The notes beneath the pieces were generated by a model that was not told where the DNA came from, ran no database searches, and worked only from the letters and a program-made list of their open reading frames with translations. From the NCBI GenBank assembly GCA_963789445.1, contig CAWBKS010000001.1:1680497-1744496 (forward strand): 64,000 nucleotides of DNA. The letters are read 5' to 3'. Below are positions 1 through 9,610 of the stretch, in pieces. A program made the position numbers and the translations under genes. Position 1 is the first letter of the stretch. Each line of letters begins with the position of its first letter. Origin of the DNA: an uncultured Actinomycetes bacterium (GTDB taxonomy: Bacteria > Actinomycetota > JAICYB01).

Positions 1-241
1 GAGCGCGAATCACGTGCACAACCAATCGGGAAAACCGTTCGAGGATCCGCTTCCTCTGGACGAATGGCCGGACGTACGCACTCAAGTGCTAGCGAGCCGT
101 CACGACCGGCTATTCCCCGCGGACTTCCAAAATCGCGTCGCTCACGAGCGACTGAGGGTCGGCGTCAACGAGATGGATGGGGGCCATCTCGTCGCCCTGA
201 GTCGCCCGAGCGACCTAGCGCGCAGGTTGTGCTGTTACTAG
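1..241 (+). CDS. alpha/beta-hydrolase fold protein, C-terminal fragment (gene starts upstream of the window)
   Basis: The frame is open from base 2 with no upstream stop. The C-terminal motif ...NEMDGGHLVALSRP... is typical of the catalytic-His region of alpha/beta hydrolases. The window shows only the last 79 codons. Confidence 0.35.
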   Translation, partial: SANHVHNQSGKPFEDPLPLDEWPDVRTQVLASRHDRLFPADFQNRVAHERLRVGVNEMDGGHLVALSRPSDLARRLCCY

Positions 242-260
242 GCGAGGTGTGTGCCAGCGA

Positions 261-524
261 TCAGGCGGGCGGTACGTCCCGCTCGATGACTTCGCGTTCG
301 CGTACGACTGTTCGGCCACCGTCACTCACGACGGTCCTCCGATCGCGTCCGTAAGGGGCCCACGGCGCCCAAAAGATCATCGACGCGAGGAACCCTATTC
401 CGCCCACGATCATGAGAATCACGCCGACGGTGTTGACATCGAAACCGTTTGCGGTCGCCGTAACGGCAAACGCCAAGATTGCACCAACAGCGACGAGGAA
501 AAGGCTAACTCCGAGGCCTGGCAT
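261..524 (-). CDS. small two-TM membrane protein (DUF6458-like, actinobacterial)
   Basis: 87-aa ORF with two hydrophobic helices (LFLVAVGAILAFAV / GVILMIVGGIGFLASMIFW) and a charged C-terminal tail. It is convergent with the hydrolase fragment. Confidence 0.4.
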   Translation of the reverse strand: MPGLGVSLFLVAVGAILAFAVTATANGFDVNTVGVILMIVGGIGFLASMIFWAPWAPYGRDRRTVVSDGGRTVVREREVIERDVPPA

Positions 525-634
525 TCCTACTCACCTCCCTGGCATCTCTGCCGGTCACGTCGTAAAAAGCCGACGAACTACGCACTTAAGATTCCCGAAT
601 CGGTCACTTTGGAAACGGAACGCAAGGGGTGACT

Positions 635-667
635 TGTAACTAGTCCTGTAACTAGTCCCTTTGTAAG
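635..667. repeat. AT-rich tandem direct repeat TGTAACTAGTCC x2 plus a partial third copy (cTTTGTAAG), each unit containing the palindrome ACTAGT
   Basis: Seen directly. It lies in the 154-bp intergenic region upstream of the minus-strand small-membrane-protein gene (261-524), in a roughly 70% GC background. Confidence 0.8.
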
Positions 668-678
668 AAGCTCCGCAG

Positions 679-1680
679 CTAGATAGGCACCCGAACGATC
701 GACGGACCCTTCCCGTTCGACGATTCACCCAGCGCCGCGGAGAAGTTCGCGATGTACAGCGCATCTTCGCCGATGGCCACGCTGGCCGGGCTGTCGAGGT
801 TGTCGCCGGCATCCGCCACCACGGTGACGTCCTTGCCGTCCGACGAGACCTCGAAGATGAAGTGGATGAGCGGTGCGGCGACGTAAACGTTGCCGTCTTC
901 GTCGAAGTCGATGCCGTCCACGAATATCGGCGCATCCCCCGGGGCAGCCTTCGTCAGATCGGCGAAAACCGTAACTTCACCGGCTGATCCATCGTCCTTG
1001 ATCGGTATGGCGACGATCTTGGCGGGCTCGGTCAAACCCACGTACACGGTGCCGTCATATACATCGATGCCGTTGGGGCCCAGTGGGAAGCCGAACCCGG
1101 CGGCTCCAGTGCCGGCGAGTGCACCACCCTGCGCCCAGATCGCCGCATCGCCTTCCTTGGGAACGCGCCATACAGCACCCTTACCGCCTGGGCCCTGCGT
1201 GTCCGTGACGTAGATGTTGTCGCCGTCGACGATGACCGCGTTGGCGAACGAGATCTTTTCCGTTCCAGGCAGCCGTTGCGCGTCCCCGGAGTCGGCGTCG
1301 AAACGCCACACGCCGTTGGCCGCCGGGTTCTTGGACACAACCCCGCCGAGGACATTGCCGTCCTCGTCGACGGTGAGGCCTAAGAGACCGAAGTCGTCCG
1401 GCTGGATGCCGTCAACCTTGCCGAAATCCTCTGCCTTGTTCGAGTCGGCGGGGATGCGCACGAGGCGACCTTGCTTGGTGATGCTGGCGAACACATTGCC
1501 GTCGGAGTCGACGGCAACGCCTTCGGTGAACTCACCGGCACCGCCGTTAAAGGAAACGAGCGTCGAAGGTGGCTCTGGCGTCCCGGAAGGCTGCGCCCCC
1601 CCTTCGCTACCACAAGCCGCACCCAAAAGAACGGTGCAGGTGCCAATTAGCAATGCGACGGTCGCTTTCATCGGACGCAT
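679..1680 (-). CDS. secreted lipoprotein with an SMP-30/gluconolactonase/LRE-like beta-propeller domain
   Basis: Signal peptide plus lipobox (LLGAACGS). Repeated DGNV/DGxxYV blades (FTEGVAVDSDGNVFAS, YVTDTQGPGGKGAVWRV, DEDGNVYVAAP) are typical of the SMP-30/strictosidine-synthase-like fold. Intact 333-aa ORF. Confidence 0.55.
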   Translation of the reverse strand: MRPMKATVALLIGTCTVLLGAACGSEGGAQPSGTPEPPSTLVSFNGGAGEFTEGVAVDSDGNVFASITKQGRLVRIPADSNKAEDFGKVDGIQPDDFGLLGLTVDEDGNVLGGVVSKNPAANGVWRFDADSGDAQRLPGTEKISFANAVIVDGDNIYVTDTQGPGGKGAVWRVPKEGDAAIWAQGGALAGTGAAGFGFPLGPNGIDVYDGTVYVGLTEPAKIVAIPIKDDGSAGEVTVFADLTKAAPGDAPIFVDGIDFDEDGNVYVAAPLIHFIFEVSSDGKDVTVVADAGDNLDSPASVAIGEDALYIANFSAALGESSNGKGPSIVRVPI

Positions 1681-1780
1681 ACTCCCCCCAATTCATCGGA
1701 CGCCTTGAGCGCCGGAGCTCTCTTCTGACGATATCCAGTCAGTCTCCCCTGTACAAAGGCGGACCAAGGTGTATCCACGT

Positions 1781-1798
1781 GGTATCCGATCGGGTACC
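1781..1798. promoter_or_regulatory. imperfect 18-bp palindrome GGTAtCCGATCGGgTACC (perfect core CCGATCGG), preceded by the direct repeat GGTGTATCC/GGTATCC
   Basis: Seen directly. It lies in the 129-bp region upstream of the SMP-30-like lipoprotein gene (start 1680). Confidence 0.3.
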
Positions 1799-1809
1799 AC
1801 CGTGCTGCG

Positions 1810-3070
1810 TCACCTTCGGCTCCGGCGCACACGCTTAGCCATGCGGTAGCCCTTCGAAACGGTTGACGTAGTTTGAGGGTCGTCCTCGATCAGGTAGGCC
1901 ATGATCCGAACGGCGGCGCGGAGCACGCGTGGCGATCGCATGCCGATGGCTGCAGCCGCGTTCGCCAGCGGACCCTTGCGCATCACCTTCATGAAGCGAA
2001 GGGCAGCGCTGAAGTGGAACCCGTAGCCTTCCTCCAGATCTCGGGCGTACCTCCGCACAACTTCGCCGGGTGAAGCGTCCGACGCGATTGCGTTGGCAAC
2101 GAGCTCGGCTCCCTCCAGCGCGTAAGCGATCCCCTCACCCGAGTACGGCGTGATCATCCCGGCGGCATCGCCTACGGCGAGCAGGCCCGGTGCTCCCGCA
2201 CGGAAACCCTTCATCGCTTCCGGCAGCAGCGCACCGTGCGGCCGGTTCCAGCATCACGGCCCCCGCGAAACCGGGACGAGTCCGGCGCATGCCGCTCGAC
2301 GAACGCATCGTAGGCCTCACGCAGCGGAAGCGCTGCGTCGAGCGACGGCGCGTGCGGAAGGTCGACGCCGACGTTGGCCGACCCGTCCGGAAGCGGGAAG
2401 ACCCAGCCGTACGCCGGGAGCCACCGTCCGGCCGACGTCCGCAACGGATAGAACTCGAGCTGCGCTTCGCCGTTCCTGCGTGATCGGCTCGACGGCCCGA
2501 AGTAGGAACGCATGGCGGCGTACCAGAAGCCTCCGCCGGACGCGACGTCGTCGGCGACAATCCCGCGGCGCGTGCCGTCGTCGACGTCGCACCGTCGGCG
2601 GCGATCGTCCACGTCGCATCGACGTCCTCCGACGTGCCGTTCGTCTTCATGCGCACGCCGCGGCACACGCCGTCGTCGAACGATCGGCCCGGACACGCGC
2701 ACCGTCCGCAGCTCGGCCCCCGCGGCGACGGCTGCGTCGAGGATCCTTCGTCCAGCACCGACCGGCGCGCGACGAGTCCGTAGTCGACGGCCACGCGTCC
2801 GTGTGCGGGAACGCCGCGTTGACGTTCCGTCCGTGCCGAAGCCATCTCGAGCCCGCCGACGCGGATGGCCTGCGTCTCGTCGAGCTTCGACGCCGAGGTC
2901 GGTCGAGCGCGCCGACGCCGCGCGGCGTCAGTCCGCCGCCGCAGGCTTTGTCACGCGGGAACGTCGAACGATCGCAGAGCAGCACGCGTGCACCGCTCGT
3001 GCGAGATGCGCAGAGCGGTCGCGGCACCGGCCGGGCCCGCACCGACGACGACCGCGTCGTAGCGCGGCAT
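1810..3070 (-). CDS. geranylgeranyl-reductase-family FAD-dependent oxidoreductase, interrupted by at least 3 frameshifts
   Basis: The N-terminus MPRYDAVVVGAGPAGA (Rossmann GxGxxG) starts at 3070. Further pieces lie in three frames: ...DRSTFPRDKACGGGLTPRG..., ...EFYPLRTSAGRWLPAYGWVFPLPDGSANVGV..., and the C-terminus ...VGDAAGMITPYSGEGIAYALEGAELVA... (1810-2214). Confidence 0.5.
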
Positions 3071-3079
3071 AGCGAAATG

Positions 3080-3560
3080 CTAGCGCTTCGAGTACTGCGG
3101 GCGCTTGCGCGCCTTGCGCAGACCGTACTTCTTGCGCTCCTTGACGCGCGGATCGCGCGTGAGCAGCCCGGCCTTCTTCAGCGGGGAACGCCACTCGGGG
3201 TCGATCTGGAGCAGCGCCCGCGCGATACCCAGACGGAGAGCGCCGGCCTGTCCGGACGGACCGCCGCCGTTGACCGTGCGCTCGACGTTGTAGCTGGACT
3301 GCACACCGGCGACCCGCAGCGGGTCGACGATCTTCACGCGCTGGACGAGCGAGGTGATGTGCATGCTCGAGCGGACGATGGTTGACCGTGATCGTCCCGT
3401 CGCCGTTGAACAGGCGAACGCGGGCGATCGAACGCTTGCGACGGCCGGTACCTGCGGCGAGTGTCTAGCTCGGGCACGCGCTATGCTCTCTTTCGGTTCG
3501 GCGGCTTCGGCCTTGCGCAGCCGTAGGCTTGCTCTTCGATCTTCGGGCGGTCGGCTTGGC
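3080..3560 (-). CDS. rpsI: 30S ribosomal protein S9 (uS9), one frameshift
   Basis: The C-terminal ORF 3080-3364 reads ...[21 protein letters not shown]...[16 protein letters not shown]. The N-terminal part [28 protein letters not shown] lies in another frame near 3400-3465. The start is approximate. Confidence 0.7.
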
Positions 3561-3658
3561 TTCGATGCCTTGCGCGCGGGCTTGGCTTTCGACGTCGCTT
3601 CAGCGGCTGCCGGCTTCGTCTTCTTTGTTTTCGCTTGCGCGGCTTCCCGGGCGGCGCG

Positions 3659-4140
3659 TCAGGTGCCACGTACACCGGGATCGGGCCCGTCACCGTCGAG
3701 CGGTTCCGGCTTCTGCGAGGAGTGCGGGTGCTCGGGGCCGGCGTACACCTTGAGCTTGTGGCGGAGCTGGCGTCCGAGGCGGCCCTTGGGGAGCATGCCC
3801 CAGACGGCCTGCTCGATCGCGCGCTCCGGATGCGTCTCGAGCAGCCGGCGGTAAGGGATCTCGACGAGACCACCCGGGTAGCCGGTGTGGCGTCGGAACT
3901 GCTTCTTGTCGAGCTTGTTCGCCGGTGAGCTTCACCTTCTCGGCGTTCACGACGACGACGAAGTCACCGACGTCGGTGTGCGGGGTGAAGACCGGCTTGT
4001 GCTTGCCGCGGATGACCGTCGCGGCGCGTGTCGCGAGGCGTCCGAGCACCTGATCGGTCGCGTCGACGACGAACCACGTCGCTCGATCTCGCCGGGCTTC
4101 GCGGAATATGTCTTCGCGTCGGTCACGCGTACCTCCGTTC
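3659..4140 (-). CDS. rplM: 50S ribosomal protein L13 (uL13), at least 1 frameshift
   Basis: ...[53 protein letters not shown]... then, in another frame, [59 protein letters not shown]... ending at the TGA at 3659-3661. Confidence 0.7.
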
Positions 4141-4189
4141 GGCGTGCGACGACGCACGCGATCCGACCACGGCCACTGCGATCTGCGGC

Positions 4190-4958
4190 CGTCGGCGCGG
4201 CCAGTCGACGTCCCGTTGTAGCCGACATCCGTGAGCGTGAGCCCGTGCGGGCGAGCGACGGGGCCGGCGGCGGAGCGGTCGCGCGCTTCGAGCGCGTCGC
4301 GCATCAAGCCCAGCGGCCTTGCGTCCGGTCGCGATCTCGAGCGCCGTCCCGACGAGGCTCCGCACCATCTGGTGCAGGAACGATTCCCGGTGATGCGGAT
4401 CCGGACGAACGGACCGTCGGCGACGGCCGTCGCCTCGATGATGCGGCGGACGGGCGTCTGGTCGTCGACGGACGCGGCCGAACGAGTGAAGTCGTGCGTG
4501 CCGACGATCGATCCGCAGCGCTTCGGCGAGCAGTCGGACGTGTCGACGCGGTCGCGGACCCACGGCGAGTACTTGCGAGTAGAGCGGGTTCGGTGCTTCG
4601 CAGCACCACAGCAGGTAGACGTAGCTGCGCCAGCTGGCCGAGAGGCGAGCGTCGAAGTCGCTCGGAGCCGGCTGTGCGTCGAGCACGGCGACGTCGTGAC
4701 GGCAGCAGCGACGGCATCGCGCGCATGACGATGTCCGGCATCGAGGTCGGCTGCTCGTCGAGGCTGACCACCTGACCGAGCGCGTGAACGCCGGCGTCGG
4801 TGCGTCCGGCAGCCGCGGACGCGCACGGTTGTCGTCGCATGGAGAGCTCGCGCGAGCGCGCCTTCGAGCACGCCCTGCACGGTCCGCTGATCGGGCTGGA
4901 CCTGGTAGCCGGCGAAATTCGTGCCGTCGTAGGCGACGAGGAGGCGGAGGGCGATCAA
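4190..4958 (-). CDS. truA: tRNA pseudouridine(38-40) synthase TruA, at least 2 frameshifts
   Basis: The motifs [34 protein letters not shown] and [19 protein letters not shown] are found in three frames. A TTG start at 4958 overlaps the rplQ stop (cTTGAtc). The 3' end is approximate. Confidence 0.6.
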
Positions 4959-5574
4959 GGCTTCCTGTTCTCCGGGTCGGATTCGGGCTCCGAAGCGATC
5001 TCGGCTTCTTGAGAGACGGCCGGCTCGGGCTCGGGTTCTTGAGAGACGGCCGGCTCGGGCTCGGCGTTCGGTTCGGCGTGGTACGTCCGGCTCGTGATCG
5101 TGGTCGTGGTCGTGGTCGTGGTCGTGAGCTTCGGCCCGTGCCCTGCGCCGGCGAAGGCGACCGCGGCGTCCTTGCGCTTCGGCGCGCTGCTTCGGTCGCC
5201 TTGGCGGCCGGAGCAGCCGGCTGGTCGACGAGCTCGAGGATCGCCATCGGCGCGGCGTCGCCGCGACGGGGGCCGAGCTTGAGGATCCGCGTGTACCCAC
5301 CCGGACGGTCGCCCGCCTTCGGTCGCGACCTCGGCGAACAGCCGGTGGACGACCTTCTTGTCCTGCAGCTCCGACAGGGCGAGCCGGCGGTTGTGCAGGC
5401 CGCCCTTGCGCGCCTTGGTGATGAGCTTCTCGACGTAAGGACGCGCCCGCTTGGCCTTCGTCTCGGTCGTGACGATGCGGCCGTGCTCGATCAGCGAACG
5501 CGAGAGCCCACGCAGGATCGCCTTCTCGTGGCCGGGCCTGCGCCCAGCCGTGGTCCTCGCGTCGGTCGGGCCAT
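4955..5574 (-). CDS. rplQ: 50S ribosomal protein L17 (bL17) with a long acidic, repeat-containing C-terminal tail; at least 3 frameshifts
   Basis: ATG at 5574 gives [13 protein letters not shown], then a 1-nt deletion. The corrected frame reads [72 protein letters not shown]...[30 protein letters not shown]. The tail (third frame) is ...[58 protein letters not shown], ending at the stop at 4955-4957. Confidence 0.75.
5006..5065 (-). repeat. 30-bp in-frame tandem duplication (2 copies, 29/30 identical, plus a partial third) inside the rplQ tail
   Basis: ttcttgagagacggccggctcgggctcggg repeated twice. On the coding strand it encodes ([10 protein letters not shown])x2. Confidence 0.9.
5091..5126 (-). 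repeat. hexanucleotide microsatellite (GTCGTG)4 plus 2 imperfect units inside the rplQ tail
   Basis: ctcgtg atcgtg gtcgtg gtcgtg gtcgtg gtcgtg. In the L17 frame it encodes a poly-Thr run ([11 protein letters not shown]). The other frames would give HDHDHD or RPRPRP. Confidence 0.9.
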
Positions 5575-5579
5575 GGCGC

Positions 5580-6513
5580 TACGCGTCCTTCTCCTTCAGA
5601 TTCAGGCCCATGGCCTCGATCTTGTCCTTGACCTCGATGACCGACTTCTCTCCGAAGTTCCGGATGTCCATCAGGTCCTCGAGCGAGTAGTTCAGCAGGT
5701 CGCCGATGGTGTGCACACCTTCGCGCTTGAGGCAGTTGAGCGAGCGGACGGTTAGGTCGAGCTTCTCGATCGGCTCGTCCGCGTAAGGCGCGGAGCGGCC
5801 TCGGCCGGCGGCTCTTCGGCGGCGGTCGGGCCCTCGACGAGCTCGCGGAACAGTCCCATGAGCTCGCCGAGCCGGCGCGCCGCGTGCATGACGGCCTCGG
5901 ACGGCGACACGGCGCCGTTCGTCTCGACCTCGAGGACGAGGCGGTCGTAGTTCGTCATCTGCTCGACCCGCGTGTGCTCGACGACGTAGGTCACGCGTCG
6001 GACCGGCGAGAAGATCGCGTCGACCGGGATGACACCGATGACGTCCTTGCGCTTCATGCGGTCGGCGACCTCGAAGCCGATCCCGCGCTCGACAGTCAGC
6101 TCCATGTCGAGGCGGCCCTTCGCGTTGAGCGTCGCGATGTGCTGGTCGGGGTTCACGATGACCAGGCCGGCGGAGTCTCGATGTCGGCGGCCTTGACGTC
6201 CTTCGGCCCTCGCGCGCGCAGCTGCAGTGTGCCCGGACGGCTCGTCCGCCTCCATGCGCACGACGACGTCCTTGATGTTCAGGACGAGCTCGGTGACGTC
6301 CTCGTTCACGCCGGGGATCGTCGTGAACTCGTGGAGCACCCCTTCGACCTTCACGAGCGCGATCGCGGCGCCCGGCACGGACGACAGCAGCGTGCGCCGC
6401 ATCGCGTTGCCGACCGTGTAGCCGAAGCCCGGCTCGAGCGGCTCGACGATGAAGCGCGACTGGCGCTCGTCGATCTGCTCTTCGGAAACCGACGCTCTCA
6501 CAAGTGTGAGCAA
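5580..6513 (-). CDS. rpoA: DNA-directed RNA polymerase subunit alpha, at least 2 frameshifts
   Basis: N-terminal domain: [51 protein letters not shown]...[23 protein letters not shown]. The C-terminal domain [59 protein letters not shown] is in a different frame and ends at the TAG at 5580-5582. Confidence 0.85.
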
Positions 6514-6552
6514 CTGATCCTCCTCAAGGTGCCTCCGCAGCTGCGACTGCGC

Positions 6553-7184
6553 TTAGCGCGAGTAGAACTCGACGATGAACGACTCTTTAACAGGCGCGTC
6601 GATCTCGTGACGCTCGGGCAAGTTGAACGACCTTCGCCTCGAACTTCTCGAGATCGGTGTCAAGCCAGGCCGGGATGGTCCTGGACTGCGCGCGCTCCCG
6701 AGCTTCGAGCACGCGCACGGCGCCCTTGGACTTCTCTTTGACCGCGATCGTGTCGCCCGACGCGCACCTGGAACGAGGGTGTCTTCGTCGATCTTTCCGT
6801 TCACGCAGAACGTGGCGGTGCAGGACGAGCTGCCGTGCGTCGTCTCGCGACTGCGCGAATCCCGCGCGGAACACGGCGCTGTCCAGCCGGCGCTCGAGCA
6901 GACGCAGTAGGTTCTCACCCGTCGCACCCTTCTGCCGCGCCGCGTTGTCGTAGTAGTTGCGGAACTGACTTCTCGAGCACGCCGTAGATCCGGCGGGCCT
7001 TCTGCTTCTCGCGCAGACGCAGCAGGTACTCGCTGTCGCGCTTCCGTCCTCGGCCGTGCTGGCCGGGCGGGAAGGGTCGCTTCTCGACGGGGCACTTCGG
7101 CGTCTCACACTTCGAGCCCTTGAGGTACAGCTTTATGCCCTCGCGGCGGCACAGCTTGCAGTCGGCGTCCTTGTAGCGAGCCAT
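6553..7184 (-). CDS. rpsD: 30S ribosomal protein S4 (uS4), 2 frameshifts
   Basis: N-terminus [72 protein letters not shown] (6915-7184). The middle is in a second frame ([36 protein letters not shown]...). The C-terminus ...[20 protein letters not shown] ends at 6553. Confidence 0.85.
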
Positions 7185-7187
7185 CAG

Positions 7188-7587
7188 TTAGTTCCTCGGG
7201 CGCTTGCGCGGCCGGCAGCCGTTGTGCGGAACCGGCGTGTTGTCCGTGATGCTCGCGACTTCGAGGCCCGCGGCCTGAAGCGCGCGGATCGCGGTCTCGC
7301 GTCCGGAGCCCGGACCCTTGACGATCACTTCGACGCGCCGCATGCCGTGCTCCATCGCCTTACGCGCCGCAGCTTCGGCGGCGAGCTGCGCGGCGAACGG
7401 AGTCGACTTACGCGAACCTTTGAAACCGACGGTGCCTCCCGACGACCACGACACGAGGGCGCCGGTCGGGATCGGTGATCGAGATGATCGTGTTGTTGAA
7501 GCTCGACTTGATGTGCGCTTGACCGGCCGCGATGTTCTTCCGCTCGCGGCGCCTTACGCGGTCACTCTTCTTCTTGGCTCCACCCAC
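7188..7587 (-). CDS. rpsK: 30S ribosomal protein S11 (uS11), 1 frameshift
   Basis: A GTG start 1 codon after the rpsM stop gives [47 protein letters not shown]. The C-terminal ORF 7188-7454 reads ...[71 protein letters not shown]. Confidence 0.85.
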
Positions 7588-7590
7588 TAG

Positions 7591-7977
7591 CTAGCCCTTC
7601 TTTCCGACGGTCTTCTTCTTGCCGGCCACCGTGCGACGCGGACCCTTGCGCGTGCGCGAGTTCGTTCGCGTGCGCTGGCCGCGGACGGGAAGCCCGAGAA
7701 CGTGCCGCATCCCTTGATACGAACCGATCTCGATCTTCCGTCTGATGTCCTGCTGAACCTGGCGTCGTAGCTCACCTTCGACCTTGGTGTTCGCATCGAT
7801 CCACTGGCGGATCCGGGCGACCTCCTCGTCGGTGAGGTCCTGGATCTTCGTCGCCGGGTCGATCTTGGCGTGGTTGCAGATGTTCTTCGCCGTGGTGTTG
7901 CCGACGCCGAAGATGTAAGTGAGCGCGATATCGGCGCGCTTGTTGCGAGGGAGGTCGACGCCGGCTATACGAGCCAA
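7591..7977 (-). CDS. rpsM: 30S ribosomal protein S13 (uS13)
   Basis: Intact 128-aa ORF, (M)[33 protein letters not shown]...[24 protein letters not shown]. The start codon is TTG. Confidence 0.95.
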   Translation of the reverse strand: MARIAGVDLPRNKRADIALTYIFGVGNTTAKNICNHAKIDPATKIQDLTDEEVARIRQWIDANTKVEGELRRQVQQDIRRKIEIGSYQGMRHVLGLPVRGQRTRTNSRTRKGPRRTVAGKKKTVGKKG

Positions 7978-8094
7978 TCAGCTGCCCTGCCTCTGTTTAT
8001 GGCGTGGGTTGGTGCAGATCACCCGGACGACACCGCGCCGGCGGATGATCTTGCACTTGTCACACATCTTGCGCACGGAGGCACGCACTTTCAC
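7978..8094 (-). CDS. rpmJ: 50S ribosomal protein L36 (bL36), Zn-ribbon type
   Basis: Translated manually (not in the ORF track because it starts with GTG): [44 protein letters not shown] Shine-Dalgarno sits 9 nt upstream. Confidence 0.85.
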   Translation of the reverse strand: MKVRASVRKMCDKCKIIRRRGVVRVICTNPRHKQRQGS

Positions 8095-8186
8095 GCCAAA
8101 TCACTCCCACTTGAGCTCCGAGGGACTGATAACCCACGAGTTTCCGGGCACCAGTGCAGCAGCCGACAAGTATAGCCCCGGTGGAG

Positions 8187-8950
8187 TCATCGTGCCTGGT
8201 CGCGCCCCGTAAGGACCTGCGCGTCCCCGTCCGTCACGGCGATCGTATGTTCGTAGTGCGCCGACAGCGATCGGTCGGCCGTTACGACCGTCCAATCGTC
8301 GGAGAGCACCTCGGTGCGCCAGTCACCCACGTTGACCATGGGTTCCAGCGCGATCGTCATGCCCTCCTCGAGCACGGGACCACGCCCCGGAGGGCCGTAA
8401 TTGGGCACTTGGAGGTCTTCGTGGAGCTGGGCGCCCACCCCGTGGCCCACGTACTCGCGGACGACCGAGAAGCCAGCTCCTTCGGCCACCGATTGAACGG
8501 CGTTTCCGATATCGCCCATCCGGTTCCCGGCCCGGGCCTGCGCCGATCCCGGCCCAAAGCGACTCCTCAGTGGCCTGCATGAGCTTCGCGATCTGATCCG
8601 GCGGCTGCATCTCCGACGTAGAACGTCCAGGCCGAGTCAGCCGTGGTAGCCCTCGTAGATAGCGCCGACGTCGAACTTCACGAGGTCGCCGTCCTCGAGA
8701 CGCCGGGGGCCCGGGATGCCGTGCACGATCTCTTCGTTGAGCGAGATGCATGCCGATCCGGGAAACCGCGGTAGCCCTTGAACGACGGGACGCACCCCTC
8801 ACCGCGTATGACCCGTTCGACGATCTGATCCAGCTCGATGGTCTTGACGCCGGGCTTGAGCTTGGACTCGACCTCGTCGAAAACCTTGGCCACGACCCGT
8901 CCGGCCGTCCTCATGCGCTCGATCTCGTCGGCCGATTTCTTGATGATCAC
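8187..8950 (-). CDS. map: type I methionine aminopeptidase, at least 2 frameshifts
   Basis: N-terminus MIIKKSADEIERMRTAGRVVAKVFDEVESKLKPGVKTIELDQIVERVIRGEGCVPSFKGYRGFP (8678-8950). C-terminus ...WRTEVLSDDWTVVTADRSLSAHYEHTIAVTDGDAQVLTGRDQAR (8187-8519). The middle part is in a third frame. Confidence 0.85.
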
Positions 8951-8951
8951 G

Positions 8952-9600
8952 TCACAACCCCAATGCTTCGTCGATGCGCTTCGCTACTTCGTCGACGCTC
9001 GAATCCTCGCCGCTTACACGGCGGACGATGCTGTCCACGTCGTAGTGCTCGATAACACCGGCCGTTCGGTCGGCGTAGACCTTCAGCCGATGACGGACGG
9101 TATCCGGCTCGTCGTCTGTTCGCCGCTCGAGCGGCGTTCCGTCGTCATCGCAGCGCTCGTCGTCCTTAGGCGGGTCGTCACGCATGTGGTAAGCGCGTTG
9201 GCACGTTGGGCATGTCCTGCGCGCCGACAGCCGCTCGACAATCTCGTCGACCGGAACCTCGAGAACGATCACCGCGTCGATCTGCTGGCCGATATCGGCC
9301 AGGACCTTGTCCAACTCGGTAGCTTGCGTCTGCGTGCGCGGGTAGCCATCGAGCACGAAGCCTTTCTCGGCATCCGGCTCACTCAGGCGATGCTTGATCA
9401 TCTCGACCATCACCTTGTCGGGAACATAGTCGCCGCGATCCATGTAGGACTTGGCTTCGCGTCCGACCGGTGTGTCGAGTGCTACTTGCTCTCGAAGAAG
9501 GTCGCCGGTGGCGATGTGAGGGAGTCCCATATCGGCGGCCAGCCGGCGGCTGTGCGTGCCTTTCCCCGAACCTGGGGAGCCGGCCATGAGCAATCGCATA
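8952..9600 (-). CDS. adk: adenylate kinase (long type with a Zn-binding lid CPTC...CDDDG)
   Basis: MRLLMAGSPGSGKGTHSRRLAADMGLPHIATGDLLREQV...GFVLDGYPRTQTQATELDKVLADIGQQIDAVIVLEVPVDEIVERLSARRTCPTCQRAYH...LKVYADRTAGVIEHYD... Intact. ATG at 9600. Confidence 0.9.
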
Positions 9601-9610
9601 TGGCTACCCG

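Noticed and set aside
2150-3385. 411-aa plus-strand ORF
   Set aside because: It is antisense to the geranylgeranyl-reductase and rpsI genes. It is Arg/Ala/Pro-rich with no motifs, which is typical spurious antisense ORF behaviour at 70% GC.
3690-5300. 536-aa and 374-aa (4123-5247) minus-strand ORFs spanning rplM-truA-rplQ
   Set aside because: They are chimeric read-throughs. Each contains short true segments of L13, TruA and L17 joined by out-of-frame stretches. They were resolved into three separate genes by frame-aware translation.
4784-5755. 323-aa plus-strand ORF
   Set aside because: It is antisense to rplQ and rpoA with a Gly/Arg-rich junk translation.
8101-8295. 64-aa minus-strand ORF between map and rpmJ, a possible infA
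   Set aside because: Its translation (MDGRNGRPIAVGALRTYDRRDG...VISPSELKWE) overlaps the in-frame, well-conserved map C-terminus. It has no similarity to IF-1.
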